DNA from: an uncultured virus (IMG/VR IMGVR_UViG_3300030419_004292)
Taxonomy: Duplodnaviria > Heunggongvirae > Uroviricota > Caudoviricetes
Direction: 5' to 3' (one strand)
Length of the DNA: 64,000 nucleotides
Virus record (IMG/VR): IMGVR_UViG_3300030419_004292
Part shown: positions 30,801 to 37,393 of the stretch, piece by piece
Layout: every line of letters starts with the position of its first letter
Position numbering within the stretch: the stretch's first letter is position 1
Notes under the pieces: generated by a model
The model's input: only the letters and a program-made list of their open reading frames with translations
The model's database searches: none
What the model was told of the DNA's origin: nothing
Position numbers and translations under genes: made by a program

Positions 30801-33800
30801 ACTGGAGCTAGCAAACTACCTATAATTGCGATGTCACCAAAATCAACGCTACCGCCACCCTGAAATTTTTGAACACGACCTACAGCACCACCGGCAGCAA
30901 ATTTACCAACAGAGTTCATACGCTCCAGATTACCACGCCCGATTCTACTGGCAGAATCCTTATTGATAACGAACTCGCCCGGAGTAAGAAGTGCGGGAAC
31001 CGTGTCAGTTCCTACGCCACCACCGCTGGCAAACTTCTTAACCTGAAGGTTCGGAAATTCTCGCTGAAGAGCCGCAAGCATTTGCATGGAGGCTTCGTCA
31101 CCGGCTCTAGGAGCGCGCTTCGTACCTCTTAAAGCTTTTGCACTTCTCTTATCTAGAGGGTCTCCTCTGCCCACCTTTGATTTGGCAGCCCTGCGTCTTC
31201 TCTGCTTATCTAGTTGCTCATCGCTTGGAGATAGGTAAATACCAACCCCACCGGTTTTTCTAGCTAGGGCGATTTGATCGAGAACATTATCAATCTTATT
31301 CCCACCCAGTTCAAAAGTTAGCTGGCTTGCCGTACCGGCATCAGCAAAGTTCATTAGAGGCGCAGCACCCAACTTTTTAGACTGGAAGGTTTTACCCGAA
31401 CCAGAAGGCCCAGCAATAAAGTTAATCTTTTTGATGTTGGGATAAGCCCCACCTCTTATCTCTGCCGCGAACTTCTTAACAGCCTGCCACGAACCCAGTC
31501 CCATTGTATCTGAAGAAACTGAGAAATGCCCTCCCGCCGGGACTTCTCCACCATCTATAAATCCAATAGCCCCACCTCTACTCTTCGACGCCCTAGCAGC
31601 CATTCTTTTGGCTGTAGCATCGGCTTTAGCATCTTCTTTTTTCTTGGCCTCTAATGGTTTTGCCAACCTCTCGTCATTGATTCCATTTTTATATTCAAGG
31701 TCAATAACTTTATTAATCGCGGACATCTTACTGCTAGCAGACGAAAGACTTTCAGTATTAAAACCCTTTTTAACTATCTCTTTTGCGTTGTCCGCAGTTA
31801 ATGAAAGTTTAGCATCAGAATACTTCGGTGCTTTGTGGGCTGGTTTTGTAACAAGTTTATTTAATTTTTTCCTATCCCAATTGGTAAAATCAAAAGCTCT
31901 CTCAGCCCCTTCCGTATCTTTGGCAATATCTATGGGATCGTTGCCCAGAGCCTGCGTCACTAAATCTTCGAAAACTATTCCAGCCGCCACAGTGATACTG
32001 TCTTTTTTAGGTTTTTTTCCTTCCGTTAATTCTTTTACGGCATCTTTCCCAGCGAATGCGAAGTTATTTGCAAGTTTGTCTACATCCTTCGCATTTATTC
32101 GCTTGAGAGCGGATTTTGCCCCATCCCTCAAAATCCCTCTTGCCGCTGATATTGACCTTTTCCTTCCGCCGCCCCCTCTTGCGGTCATTACTTTCGTCTT
32201 ACTACGTTCTCCTTGGACGAGGTTTTTGTCATACTCTGCTCCAATTTCTCTAGCAAAACTATTATACAACTCAGCGGGTTCACCCTTGTTGACAAGATCG
32301 GCATCAACCCGAGCACTAAGCTGAATACGCTCAGCAATACTTTTCGCAATTCCATCAGTACCTCTTCCAACCTTACCTTTACGTATGTTAATACCAAATT
32401 TTTTCATGAAAGCTTGTTCAATAAGTGGGTCAAATGACTCAATTGGCTCTTTCTTAGCTAGAGCAGTCCTATTAACCCAAGTCCCCTCGTAAGTCCCCGG
32501 CCCCACACCTTTCCCGACACCCGCAGACAACATTCCCAATATTTGGCCTATTTCTAGCCTTGCTGCAATTCCGCCACCATTCAGTCTCTGTATAAAGCCC
32601 CCCATGTTCTGGAACTGAAGACCTGACTCTTTTCCTTCTTTAGCAATAGTTTTTAGCTGTTTTCCAACGAGGCTGCTTTTGGCAGTATCACTGAAACTAT
32701 TCTTGACATCTGCGTACTTAGCGTTTTTAAAAAGATTGTATTGTTTCTGACCAATAAGATCAGCAAATCCGGGGTCGGCTGTTTCTCCTTCTTTAAATTC
32801 CCATACCTGCTTTCCCGACCCTTTTTTGAATACCCCCGTAAAACCCCTGATGGAAGCTTCCGCCAAACTTCCCGTAACAGCTTCTCTTTGCTCCTCTAGA
32901 ACATTTGCAATCTCTTTTTGATAGTCTGATCTCTGTCTAACTGCTCGTGGACCTCTGGCAGCTATCTTTTCCAAGCTTTGCTGAAGAGGTTTTGCTACGT
33001 CGGCTTCAAAATCTTCTCTGAATGTATCGCTGGGGTTGTATAATCTGGTAGCCGCTGTAACTTTCGTGACTTTTATTCCTTTCTTCTTTTTTGTATCAAT
33101 AAGCCTGTCCAACCTCTCTTTTCCAGTACCGGCATCTCTTCTTGCTGTACCTATACCAACTTCCAATTTTTGGGAGCCACCATCTTTTCCCCCGTTCATT
33201 ACCAGAGCACCAGTCCTTTCCCTGCCGCCCGTAATCCTAATTTCCCCCTCCTTCATAGTCTGCCTTTTTGGACCACCACCATTACTGAAACGCTGTATTG
33301 ACCCGCCACGACCACGCTCATTCATCTGCTGAAGATTGCCAGCCCCAAGGCTTTTTACGGAACTCTTCTTGATAACAAATTCGCCCGGAGTTAACATCGC
33401 AGGAACGGTATCCCTGTTTCCTTGACCCGGAACTACGCCCCCACTGGCAAACCTTTTAATTGGTCCACCACGCCCTCTGGTTACTGGAGTTGCAAGACCT
33501 CTAGCAAAAGAGGGAATCGCCATACCTATTCTAAGTGTAGAAAGTGTTACAAGCATGGGAAGCAGTGGAGTAAGAGCATCCGCCACCTTAATGAAAGCAG
33601 AGGCTAGCTTAAGCCCCAAATCGACCATGGTGCGGAATGATTCGCTGTCAGCCACCTTACGCACCAGTGCCGAAAATTCTTCTTTAACTTTAGATATCTG
33701 TACCTGCAAAGCTTTCTGAGCTTTTTGAGCGTCGGCTGTAAGAGAGTTAGCTCCCCTTTGGGCAACGGTGTAAGCTCTAGTGGCCACATCAAATTGCTGG

Positions 33801-34843
33801 ATTAAGGGGATGACTTTACTGATCTGACGGAAACCACCAAGCTGTTCGACGATCTGGTTGAATCTGAAGTCCTTGGGGTCCAAGGTTTTAAGTGCCTGAC
33901 TCAACCTTCTAATAGCTTCCATCGGACCAACAAATTTACCCCTAACATCCTGCAACTGGATACCCAGTTTTTTTAGCTGGTCGATAGTTTCTACGCGCTG
34001 TATTCTGGTAAAAATAGTACGGAAACCAGTAGCGATTGTTTCAGCACTTTCTCGCGTGGTCGATCTAACAGAAGTAAACAGTCCAATAAGTTCATTTAAA
34101 TTGCCACCGGCAGACTTAAACACTCCACCAGTACGACGTACTGCGGTAATTAAATCGGCAGATTCTACGGCGAATTTCTTTGATACAGCATTGATAGCGC
34201 CTAACTGTTTTTCTAAGTTGGCAATATCTTGCGCAGTAGTTCTTCCCTGAGAACCAAACTGTCTCAGGATGGCAATGGCACCTTCTGTGGTCGCCGTTAA
34301 ATTATCAAAAGTGGGGGCGAGGTCAGTCTTGGCCAAGATATTCATAGCCTTGGCAGTTTGCCTAGCGGTCAAACCTGCCTGAGCTAGTGTTCTGGATACC
34401 GTCAGCAACGAAGAGGATGCAACACCCATAGTGGTTGCTGTGTTCGTAACTGCTGAAGTAAAGTTTTTTAGGTCTTTGGTGGTCTTCCCTGTGACCTGAC
34501 TGATTTTAACTAATTCTCTTTCAAAGGCTATTGCTTCTTTAGTAGCGTTCGAAACTGCTCGTGCCAGACCTACAATTGCTGCGGTAGCAATAGTGAAACC
34601 GGCAAATCTCTTAGCGGCCAGACCAGCATTTCTACCGAAAGCTTCCATGCTATTGCCAGCTTCATCGGCACTTCTTCTTGTTCTCTCAAGAGCGGTTCTT
34701 GTTTTCTCTAGATCTCTAGTATCGGCTTCAACCCTGACCGTAACTACTACGTCCTTAAGCTCACGCCTAATAGTTTTAGCAACATCTCTAATATTGACAG
34801 CCTGAATGGTAAGCTCTGCTGTCAAATTAAATCTACTGGACAT
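21845..34843 (-). CDS. Tail tape-measure protein (TP901-like core) with multiple inserted domains
   Basis: N-terminal TMP core ('FERELVKISQVTG', 'INAVSKKFAVESADL', 'TRESAETIATGFRTIFTRI'); Ala/Gly-rich helical sequence; DTVPAMLTPGEF repeats; follows the tube and chaperone genes. Confidence 0.9.
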   Translation of the reverse strand: MSSRFNLTAELTIQAVNIRDVAKTIRRELKDVVVTVRVEADTRDLEKTRTALERTRRSADEAGNSMEAFGRNAGLAAKRFAGFTIATAAIVGLARAVSNATKEAIAFERELVKISQVTGKTTKDLKNFTSAVTNTATTMGVASSSLLTVSRTLAQAGLTARQTAKAMNILAKTDLAPTFDNLTATTEGAIAILRQFGSQGRTTAQDIANLEKQLGAINAVSKKFAVESADLITAVRRTGGVFKSAGGNLNELIGLFTSVRSTTRESAETIATGFRTIFTRIQRVETIDQLKKLGIQLQDVRGKFVGPMEAIRRLSQALKTLDPKDFRFNQIVEQLGGFRQISKVIPLIQQFDVATRAYTVAQRGANSLTADAQKAQKALQVQISKVKEEFSALVRKVADSESFRTMVDLGLKLASAFIKVADALTPLLPMLVTLSTLRIGMAIPSFARGLATPVTRGRGGPIKRFASGGVVPGQGNRDTVPAMLTPGEFVIKKSSVKSLGAGNLQQMNERGRGGSIQRFSNGGGPKRQTMKEGEIRITGGRERTGALVMNGGKDGGSQKLEVGIGTARRDAGTGKERLDRLIDTKKKKGIKVTKVTAATRLYNPSDTFREDFEADVAKPLQQSLEKIAARGPRAVRQRSDYQKEIANVLEEQREAVTGSLAEASIRGFTGVFKKGSGKQVWEFKEGETADPGFADLIGQKQYNLFKNAKYADVKNSFSDTAKSSLVGKQLKTIAKEGKESGLQFQNMGGFIQRLNGGGIAARLEIGQILGMLSAGVGKGVGPGTYEGTWVNRTALAKKEPIESFDPLIEQAFMKKFGINIRKGKVGRGTDGIAKSIAERIQLSARVDADLVNKGEPAELYNSFAREIGAEYDKNLVQGERSKTKVMTARGGGGRKRSISAARGILRDGAKSALKRINAKDVDKLANNFAFAGKDAVKELTEGKKPKKDSITVAAGIVFEDLVTQALGNDPIDIAKDTEGAERAFDFTNWDRKKLNKLVTKPAHKAPKYSDAKLSLTADNAKEIVKKGFNTESLSSASSKMSAINKVIDLEYKNGINDERLAKPLEAKKKEDAKADATAKRMAARASKSRGGAIGFIDGGEVPAGGHFSVSSDTMGLGSWQAVKKFAAEIRGGAYPNIKKINFIAGPSGSGKTFQSKKLGAAPLMNFADAGTASQLTFELGGNKIDNVLDQIALARKTGGVGIYLSPSDEQLDKQRRRRAAKSKVGRGDPLDKRSAKALRGTKRAPRAGDEASMQMLAALQREFPNLQVKKFASGGGVGTDTVPALLTPGEFVINKDSASRIGRGNLERMNSVGKFAAGGAVGRVQKFQGGGSVDFGDIAIIGSLLAPVVAEMINFQGVLGKQIKEFTTLGSKVGVLTFLFISVGKALRDIERASDEAAKALDDARKAAEEAAEKGEEAPEEPDKGETKAARLALLGFSVAAAAGITVLQEFAHAANEATEAAIKAGNVQEAIAQGTRSAQLEQTTAVAGVSSTLAGLAVASSKLPGPLKILAVALAAAATAATYFNDVLEWINSVTGGATNFTTRSQEGDVSGFAASVTASGKRFKMAMEAITRAGLQGRDAFVDTFGAINQIASDAKVFQDRTNAVKAAGGNKELVAAYQEQADKVKATLGGQEQNLRKGLSSYIKSQVDAGKDFAQIKNSAEFEKSMALFRKIFEAMGMSTDDAKEAIDQIEASAKNEVEQKARLAAAAAAQAAAFAALRQRVDVLNIGLNALGAAANDAKLGMRDLKVIAGQGGVGAERVDFSGVIKDVSKVGDLGRFKRVADQAGAIFGQAGQKLAKEAIDVATVFRRMPEVVTTLASAGLSAGQGLDDVKNAIDTLDPAILAALPPELRDKFLTAITKKIQDLKGKPLTAQEVQAEVDKLAKEFNEVNGLLSKGLKEFNQNIKRLGDGFKQLTKITMERVKAESDLVSAQLKNAKTLSEVGGGRLSLGARENFRRDRQRAILGPQNAGLAGNAVGIGNELRKTKDEIRRADKALQGFSATGRMGADLANEYALQAKNLQKLNEKSKRLTMALKDLVTSAQGRASDIKEELDLAKKEREVRSTLLKDWTFATNEGRASINKSFAALTQAINAGDIDAISDEMRPAVGKILEQFADVELIPGMTGDKIAKQFQVRVLDKMLKAQGRGGVTQRQIKQIFESTSKEDRLIGDLQRAFAAEDNARKQWIAVLAQQETQVLSAIQQMHTDFINRLNNMLVQLQAATGGGGGGGAAGVAVPTIAKGHVPYAVKGIINGPKGKDDDLVWMDKEGEAIMNAGATKENAPLLRAMNAKYAQKGKVPGGGGVPGLGGLFKPLTDSTDRLTKAIESLVGELKDNKGAIIDALGDAAKDIVEGMMQRGAASAGASAGSLASGAIEGIIGKGEISEAVGQGVGDAVKGALSTGQSPEASGKEAAKNIRKAMDKKPSWLDKFRAYSNAAALGLSGGKVAPFAAGGSVFAPRGTDTVPAMLTPGEFVVRKSAVDKIGVGALNAINTGYYSGGGVVQYLKNGGKAWSGAPQRFSKKDFQAAYRNQNPDQVALEKIIAGDHGDIRDQRLIAAREHLASTRKFTAAEINALSVKDYTNMGLYGLFTEEGGLSKAGKKLSEKQIKVPPRPGWWSSSSDERDAWDRKYADLKGITSKGGTATLNVGLKTDDKALRQYLDAKAKNPQASPGKVKGVSTGKSGVLGANQLGKGPQSFAEGYQTFKRGEFTGDRGAMETVRAFAAGTAKGIVGTMAKVGGSVIDLAAGTDTVGAIQRAEDKLVGKASKGFEGAEGVGRMAGTVALAIGTAGAGASAIGGTAGLTAATGASAAAAGAGATMGAGAIVGGSLGLVGFMEEGRQKIADKAKEDYLAVIKESGKPYNAEDEQKVFELAMREWRNSGDQIKGAVSATAVSALLDAITFGAASKIGGGTSVRALSKLAKLKGAGKFGGGAGKVYARIAGEGTLAVAKGAAIGAAAGGADRLAQNQVMREFGVDPDHPWDSGLMDAIMMGGLMGGGFAGVGLGKGFKSGRAKVASADSPAAANKAAAETVNNINKTKKGAQNRAEKGKNKKTTDTAASGTGKKYSKEARQLFKEVLRNKRLNPDGLSRTEWLKANKGKAEKLKARMERIDRIKDAKDRQRAVDKTIEGMNAQKAKSKKAKGTTKGTRRRGRFEGVDPTEAQVKQFEAELGEARARYEGDPVRIAEAEFILDPRNTLYDIAGLPQYRPGGPKFGKPLSADAVATLKKRFKALQKKHHPDRGGDPLVMRRLTEAETLKKGGPLVDRYNRSLASGREPYKKGSSTDPSFDPFKKTSGLGRGGGTAAPAAAPAPQPKPAATPAKPAPVEPVKAGEMLKLTHVEPKAKADAQTQKLIEQSQPEKVILSEAAPADLKQVGGPTVTDAAALKLRDSKARAQVKKAADDVTKAAKKTEAEAPTDLMSTTKIPKGGLSNNKGGSAIKGGKKGTETNWRALKADIESQIGTPTPPKGVKNWSAVEGANGKPPSQWGQGEAAAQKLFLTKARRIRGGQRAAETKKLNEQKAIEQEANKNAAAENNIRNKLNKAKETNAKSDEVAADTATRNKDATEFLDESVVKDAAAEAKARADSEAARQKAEADAAEAAARQKAEEAAVAARKQAEAEAKARADAEVAKEKQAADEAAAAARKKAKEAEEAAKKAEEEAAARKSEEEAASKKSKDGEKGAKEKQKTLFGRIVGSKPVKWLSNVLSIASLSATANWIREGAKKKEDPTETQQGDAPNEVANPFAPSGGPMTGSSPQTATTAQAAATGGAAAVTPPGTAAAPANLGGAISAGASAAGGTANIYSPGKISQIIKDRISNTPFNKVPKKWRGAFRDIAGGGDTEKYFPAVMSSARSLQNLLSEGMIASASAGKIQFSQKALGKKEDILSSFPFGAPPLLGTGPLGPGELTAYQKGLPEYLRDYTTVSRAAMRLQAGITGEISATDSKGKPTRRHKAAQRASIKHGKTVAKIRQTLAKLRARRDKLKSAGKATAGIDKAIARQETRLQAVNQRFQAAQMKGEVRDLVSTRGGRAQAGAAIGGAIGGMVPESVRQAGRGVMDRIVNPGGYEQTFGGELPEGFIDPARPQFPSSPAGMTPEQAIKKMFANYPAQQQQQPPLRVDPRRYPVWRAMGGSIPSMGSDTVPAMLTPGEFIMSKGAVSKYGAGFMKSLNRGGIQGYNKGGLVQYLQHGSTNGPVKSNGNGGINVDGAGIAEALVNQAPAIGNMMGQGIGSSLKPVLDNFTSSFAGAVGASGLDAFVAGLSSAATMFNTAAGTLNGLEMTCNISFEGPLTLGGIDVPGFADAITEALGDHVKNLVNDQLSKRPNRVTGGK

Positions 34844-34858
34844 GATTAACCTCTATAT

Positions 34859-34911
34859 AAAAAATATGGGCATACTGGTAGCGCAAAAAATTCACGCTAT
34901 CCAGTACACCC
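34859..34911 (-). terminator. Terminator/attenuator-like hairpin upstream of the TMP gene
   Basis: Minus-strand RNA GGGUGUACUGGAUAGCG...CGCUACCAGUAUGCCC (16 bp including two G-U pairs, one bulge) followed by AUAUUUUUU. Confidence 0.6.
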
Positions 34912-34924
34912 ACACTTCTACCCG

Positions 34925-35836
34925 TTAGTTTTCTGCTTCTTCAGTTTCCTCTTCGGTCTTCTTCTTTCTTGTAGTTCTTTTCTTTTTGGTAGCCGTCGCG
35001 GTCTCGGTTTCCTCACCGGGTTTGCTAACCGGCTTTCCAGAGTCATCTAGAAACGGTTGAAATTCAACCACATAATCTCCCTCTTCAGTAAGAGCATTGC
35101 CTTCAATATCAATAAAATATTCTTCACCTTTATCATCATAGGCAATGAAACGACCTTCTTCATTGATAAGTCTTCCTTGGCTATCTACAAGATGTCCATC
35201 ATCGTTGACTAGCCTAAGATCCTCATTAACAAATGAGTAATCCTTTAGGAACTTATTTTCAGGAAGGTTATTATCATAATTGGGATCGAGATCATACAGC
35301 ATATTGGCTAGTTGGCTGGCAGCCTCTACAGCCCAAGGCTGGGAAGCAACAGCATCATAATCTTCGAGGGTTTCGAATTTTTTAACATTGTTATTGTCTG
35401 AACTTACAACACACTCTCCTATTAGAGCATTGAATCTGGCGTTGTCTGCCTGACCTTCAGCCGTATTACCATCCATGACTGTTCTTTCAGCAATAAGATC
35501 TCTTAGCTCACCTCTGGCAACTCTCATGTCTAATGCTAAAGTTTTAGCTTCAGACAAACTAATTCCACCCTTAGCCAACTTTTTCTCGCCGTCTAGAATG
35601 GTTTTATTTACATCATCATATTGTTTTTGCTTGGCATCATCCCAGATACCCTGCTCACGCATATGATCTTCGAGCTTCTGTCTAAGAAGTGCGCCCGATT
35701 CCAAGGCGTCTCTAAAAGCTCGGTTATAGGCCAACTGGGCCTCCCTTAGATGGTTAGACTTCGGCTTCAAGACAGCCACCTTTACTTCGTTACCATCTTC
35801 ATCATTAGACACAACAACTCTAACATCATCAGACAT
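34925..35836 (-). CDS. Putative tail assembly chaperone
   Basis: Immediately upstream of the TMP; ATG at 35836 with GAGGAGG RBS; helical N-terminus; 'LVNDDGHLVDSQGRLINEEG' repeats; acidic/basic tail. Confidence 0.55.
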   Translation of the reverse strand: MSDDVRVVVSNDEDGNEVKVAVLKPKSNHLREAQLAYNRAFRDALESGALLRQKLEDHMREQGIWDDAKQKQYDDVNKTILDGEKKLAKGGISLSEAKTLALDMRVARGELRDLIAERTVMDGNTAEGQADNARFNALIGECVVSSDNNNVKKFETLEDYDAVASQPWAVEAASQLANMLYDLDPNYDNNLPENKFLKDYSFVNEDLRLVNDDGHLVDSQGRLINEEGRFIAYDDKGEEYFIDIEGNALTEEGDYVVEFQPFLDDSGKPVSKPGEETETATATKKKRTTRKKKTEEETEEAEN

Positions 35837-36209
35837 TTTCGTCCTCCTCATTTTCCACATTAATAACAGGTAGTGTTACATGATATCTTTTCCAACTGAT
35901 ATCGTACTGAGAAACCTCGGTTTCTAGATTCCTAATCTGAGAATTTCCTCGGTCTAAAATTTCTGCTCTCGCTTCATCAAACAAATTCTTCATGTGTTCT
36001 TGTTCTGGGGTCAACTCTTCAGAGTTACCATGTCCCCACAGAAACCCAAAAAACTTCTCTACCGTACTTAGAGAACCAATCATTGTAGTCTGTATTTTTT
36101 TCTTAGCTATCTTAGACAACCTACTTGCTGAAGCTTCCTTGTACTTCTCTTCTTTTTTCTGTTTAAAATCCATAGAAGCTTTTATTAATTGATTATAATC
36201 CTGATCCAT
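35829..36209 (-). CDS. Hypothetical protein (tail assembly region)
   Basis: GGAGG RBS; 126 aa; helical. Confidence 0.55.
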   Translation of the reverse strand: MDQDYNQLIKASMDFKQKKEEKYKEASASRLSKIAKKKIQTTMIGSLSTVEKFFGFLWGHGNSEELTPEQEHMKNLFDEARAEILDRGNSQIRNLETEVSQYDISWKRYHVTLPVINVENEEDENV

Positions 36210-36223
36210 TTTATCCTCCCTTC

Positions 36224-37258
36224 TTATCTGCGATTTTTGAATTGTTCTCTGGCCTGAGCCATTATACCACGTCTTACATCCGGTAACTGTGAATCTTTAA
36301 CAGGTCCATCCATGCTGTCTTTATAAATCTGTCTTTCCTTCTTGATCATAGTCGCTACATCATCATTCATAGACTCAACCTCAAGAGCATCCTCTCTATT
36401 GTGAGCCATAACAAAGATGTCATCAGCTTCAGAATTCCTTCCAAGAACTCCCTCGGCTTTTTTCTTCTTCTTTTCTTGTTCACTTTTTCTTCTTTGATGA
36501 ATTAGCCATCCATCTAAAAGATCGTCATCCTCTATAATTTCTTCTGCTGGGGCTTCTGGAGATTCATAAACACTGTCATATAACCCAGACCACATACAAA
36601 GACTCTTTTGTTCTGAAGTAAATTCGGATGCTGGCTTTCCAAAAATAGAACCCTCTTTTTTACTGGCTGACCAAACCTGTCTCCAATTATCGCTTCTAGA
36701 CAACTCTCTAAATTGTTTATCTGACAACATGTCATCTCTAAATTTTTGTAATATAGTAGAAATACCGCAAACTCCCCAATTGAAATGTGTTCCATCTTCA
36801 AAATATGTACAGTTTTCTATAATCCAATTCCATCTAGCATAAGTTGAAAGACCTTCACACGTAACAAAATCATATGAATGTTTTTTCACTATCACTTTTT
36901 GAAGCTGTTCTTCCATATTTCTCAAAATTTTTCTTCTTGTCTCTCTCTCCTGTAGTTTAAATGCGTTCTTAAACATTTCAACTTTAATATTTTCTATGTC
37001 CTTGGGTATTTGTTCCTCTCTCTTGACATCCAGAGGTGTCCACATATCATTTTCTATCATGATATTTAAGATATCCTTAGATGTAAATATTCCCCGATCT
37101 TCTGCTAACTCATAAGTTTCACGAAAAACTTCTTGAGCTATATAATTTTGATCAATAGTAGCAGGCTTAACTATAACAGAAACATTCTTTGGTAATTTGT
37201 ATCTGGAATATCCAGCTATTATTTTAGCTAGTAAAAACTCCTGCTGATAAACTTCCAT
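36224..37258 (-). CDS. Hypothetical protein, possible tail assembly chaperone
   Basis: Directly downstream of the tube gene; 'P..EIIEDDDLLDGWLI' motif seen in chaperone-like phage proteins. Confidence 0.45.
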   Translation of the reverse strand: MEVYQQEFLLAKIIAGYSRYKLPKNVSVIVKPATIDQNYIAQEVFRETYELAEDRGIFTSKDILNIMIENDMWTPLDVKREEQIPKDIENIKVEMFKNAFKLQERETRRKILRNMEEQLQKVIVKKHSYDFVTCEGLSTYARWNWIIENCTYFEDGTHFNWGVCGISTILQKFRDDMLSDKQFRELSRSDNWRQVWSASKKEGSIFGKPASEFTSEQKSLCMWSGLYDSVYESPEAPAEEIIEDDDLLDGWLIHQRRKSEQEKKKKKAEGVLGRNSEADDIFVMAHNREDALEVESMNDDVATMIKKERQIYKDSMDGPVKDSQLPDVRRGIMAQAREQFKNRR

Positions 37259-37276
37259 ATCTCACCCACTAGATAT

Positions 37277-37374
37277 AAAAAAAGTCAGTTCGATAACTTG
37301 CCTGTCCTTATATTTACATATAGGCTATCGCTTACGAACTGACAAAGGAAGGGGGCTAGTAATTTCCTAGCCCC
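37277..37374 (-). terminator. Double stem-loop / terminator downstream of the tail tube gene
   Basis: GGGGCTAG/CTAGCCCC hairpin (37352-37374), then GTCAGTTCG/CGAACTGAC stem (37284-37343) followed by a U7 tract on the minus strand. Confidence 0.6.
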
Positions 37375-37393
37375 GCAAAACCCTCTATTTATC

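Noticed and set aside
34925..37258. Programmed -1 frameshift between tail chaperone genes
   Set aside because: Each ORF has its own RBS and start codon; no convincing slippery heptamer near the ORF 3' ends
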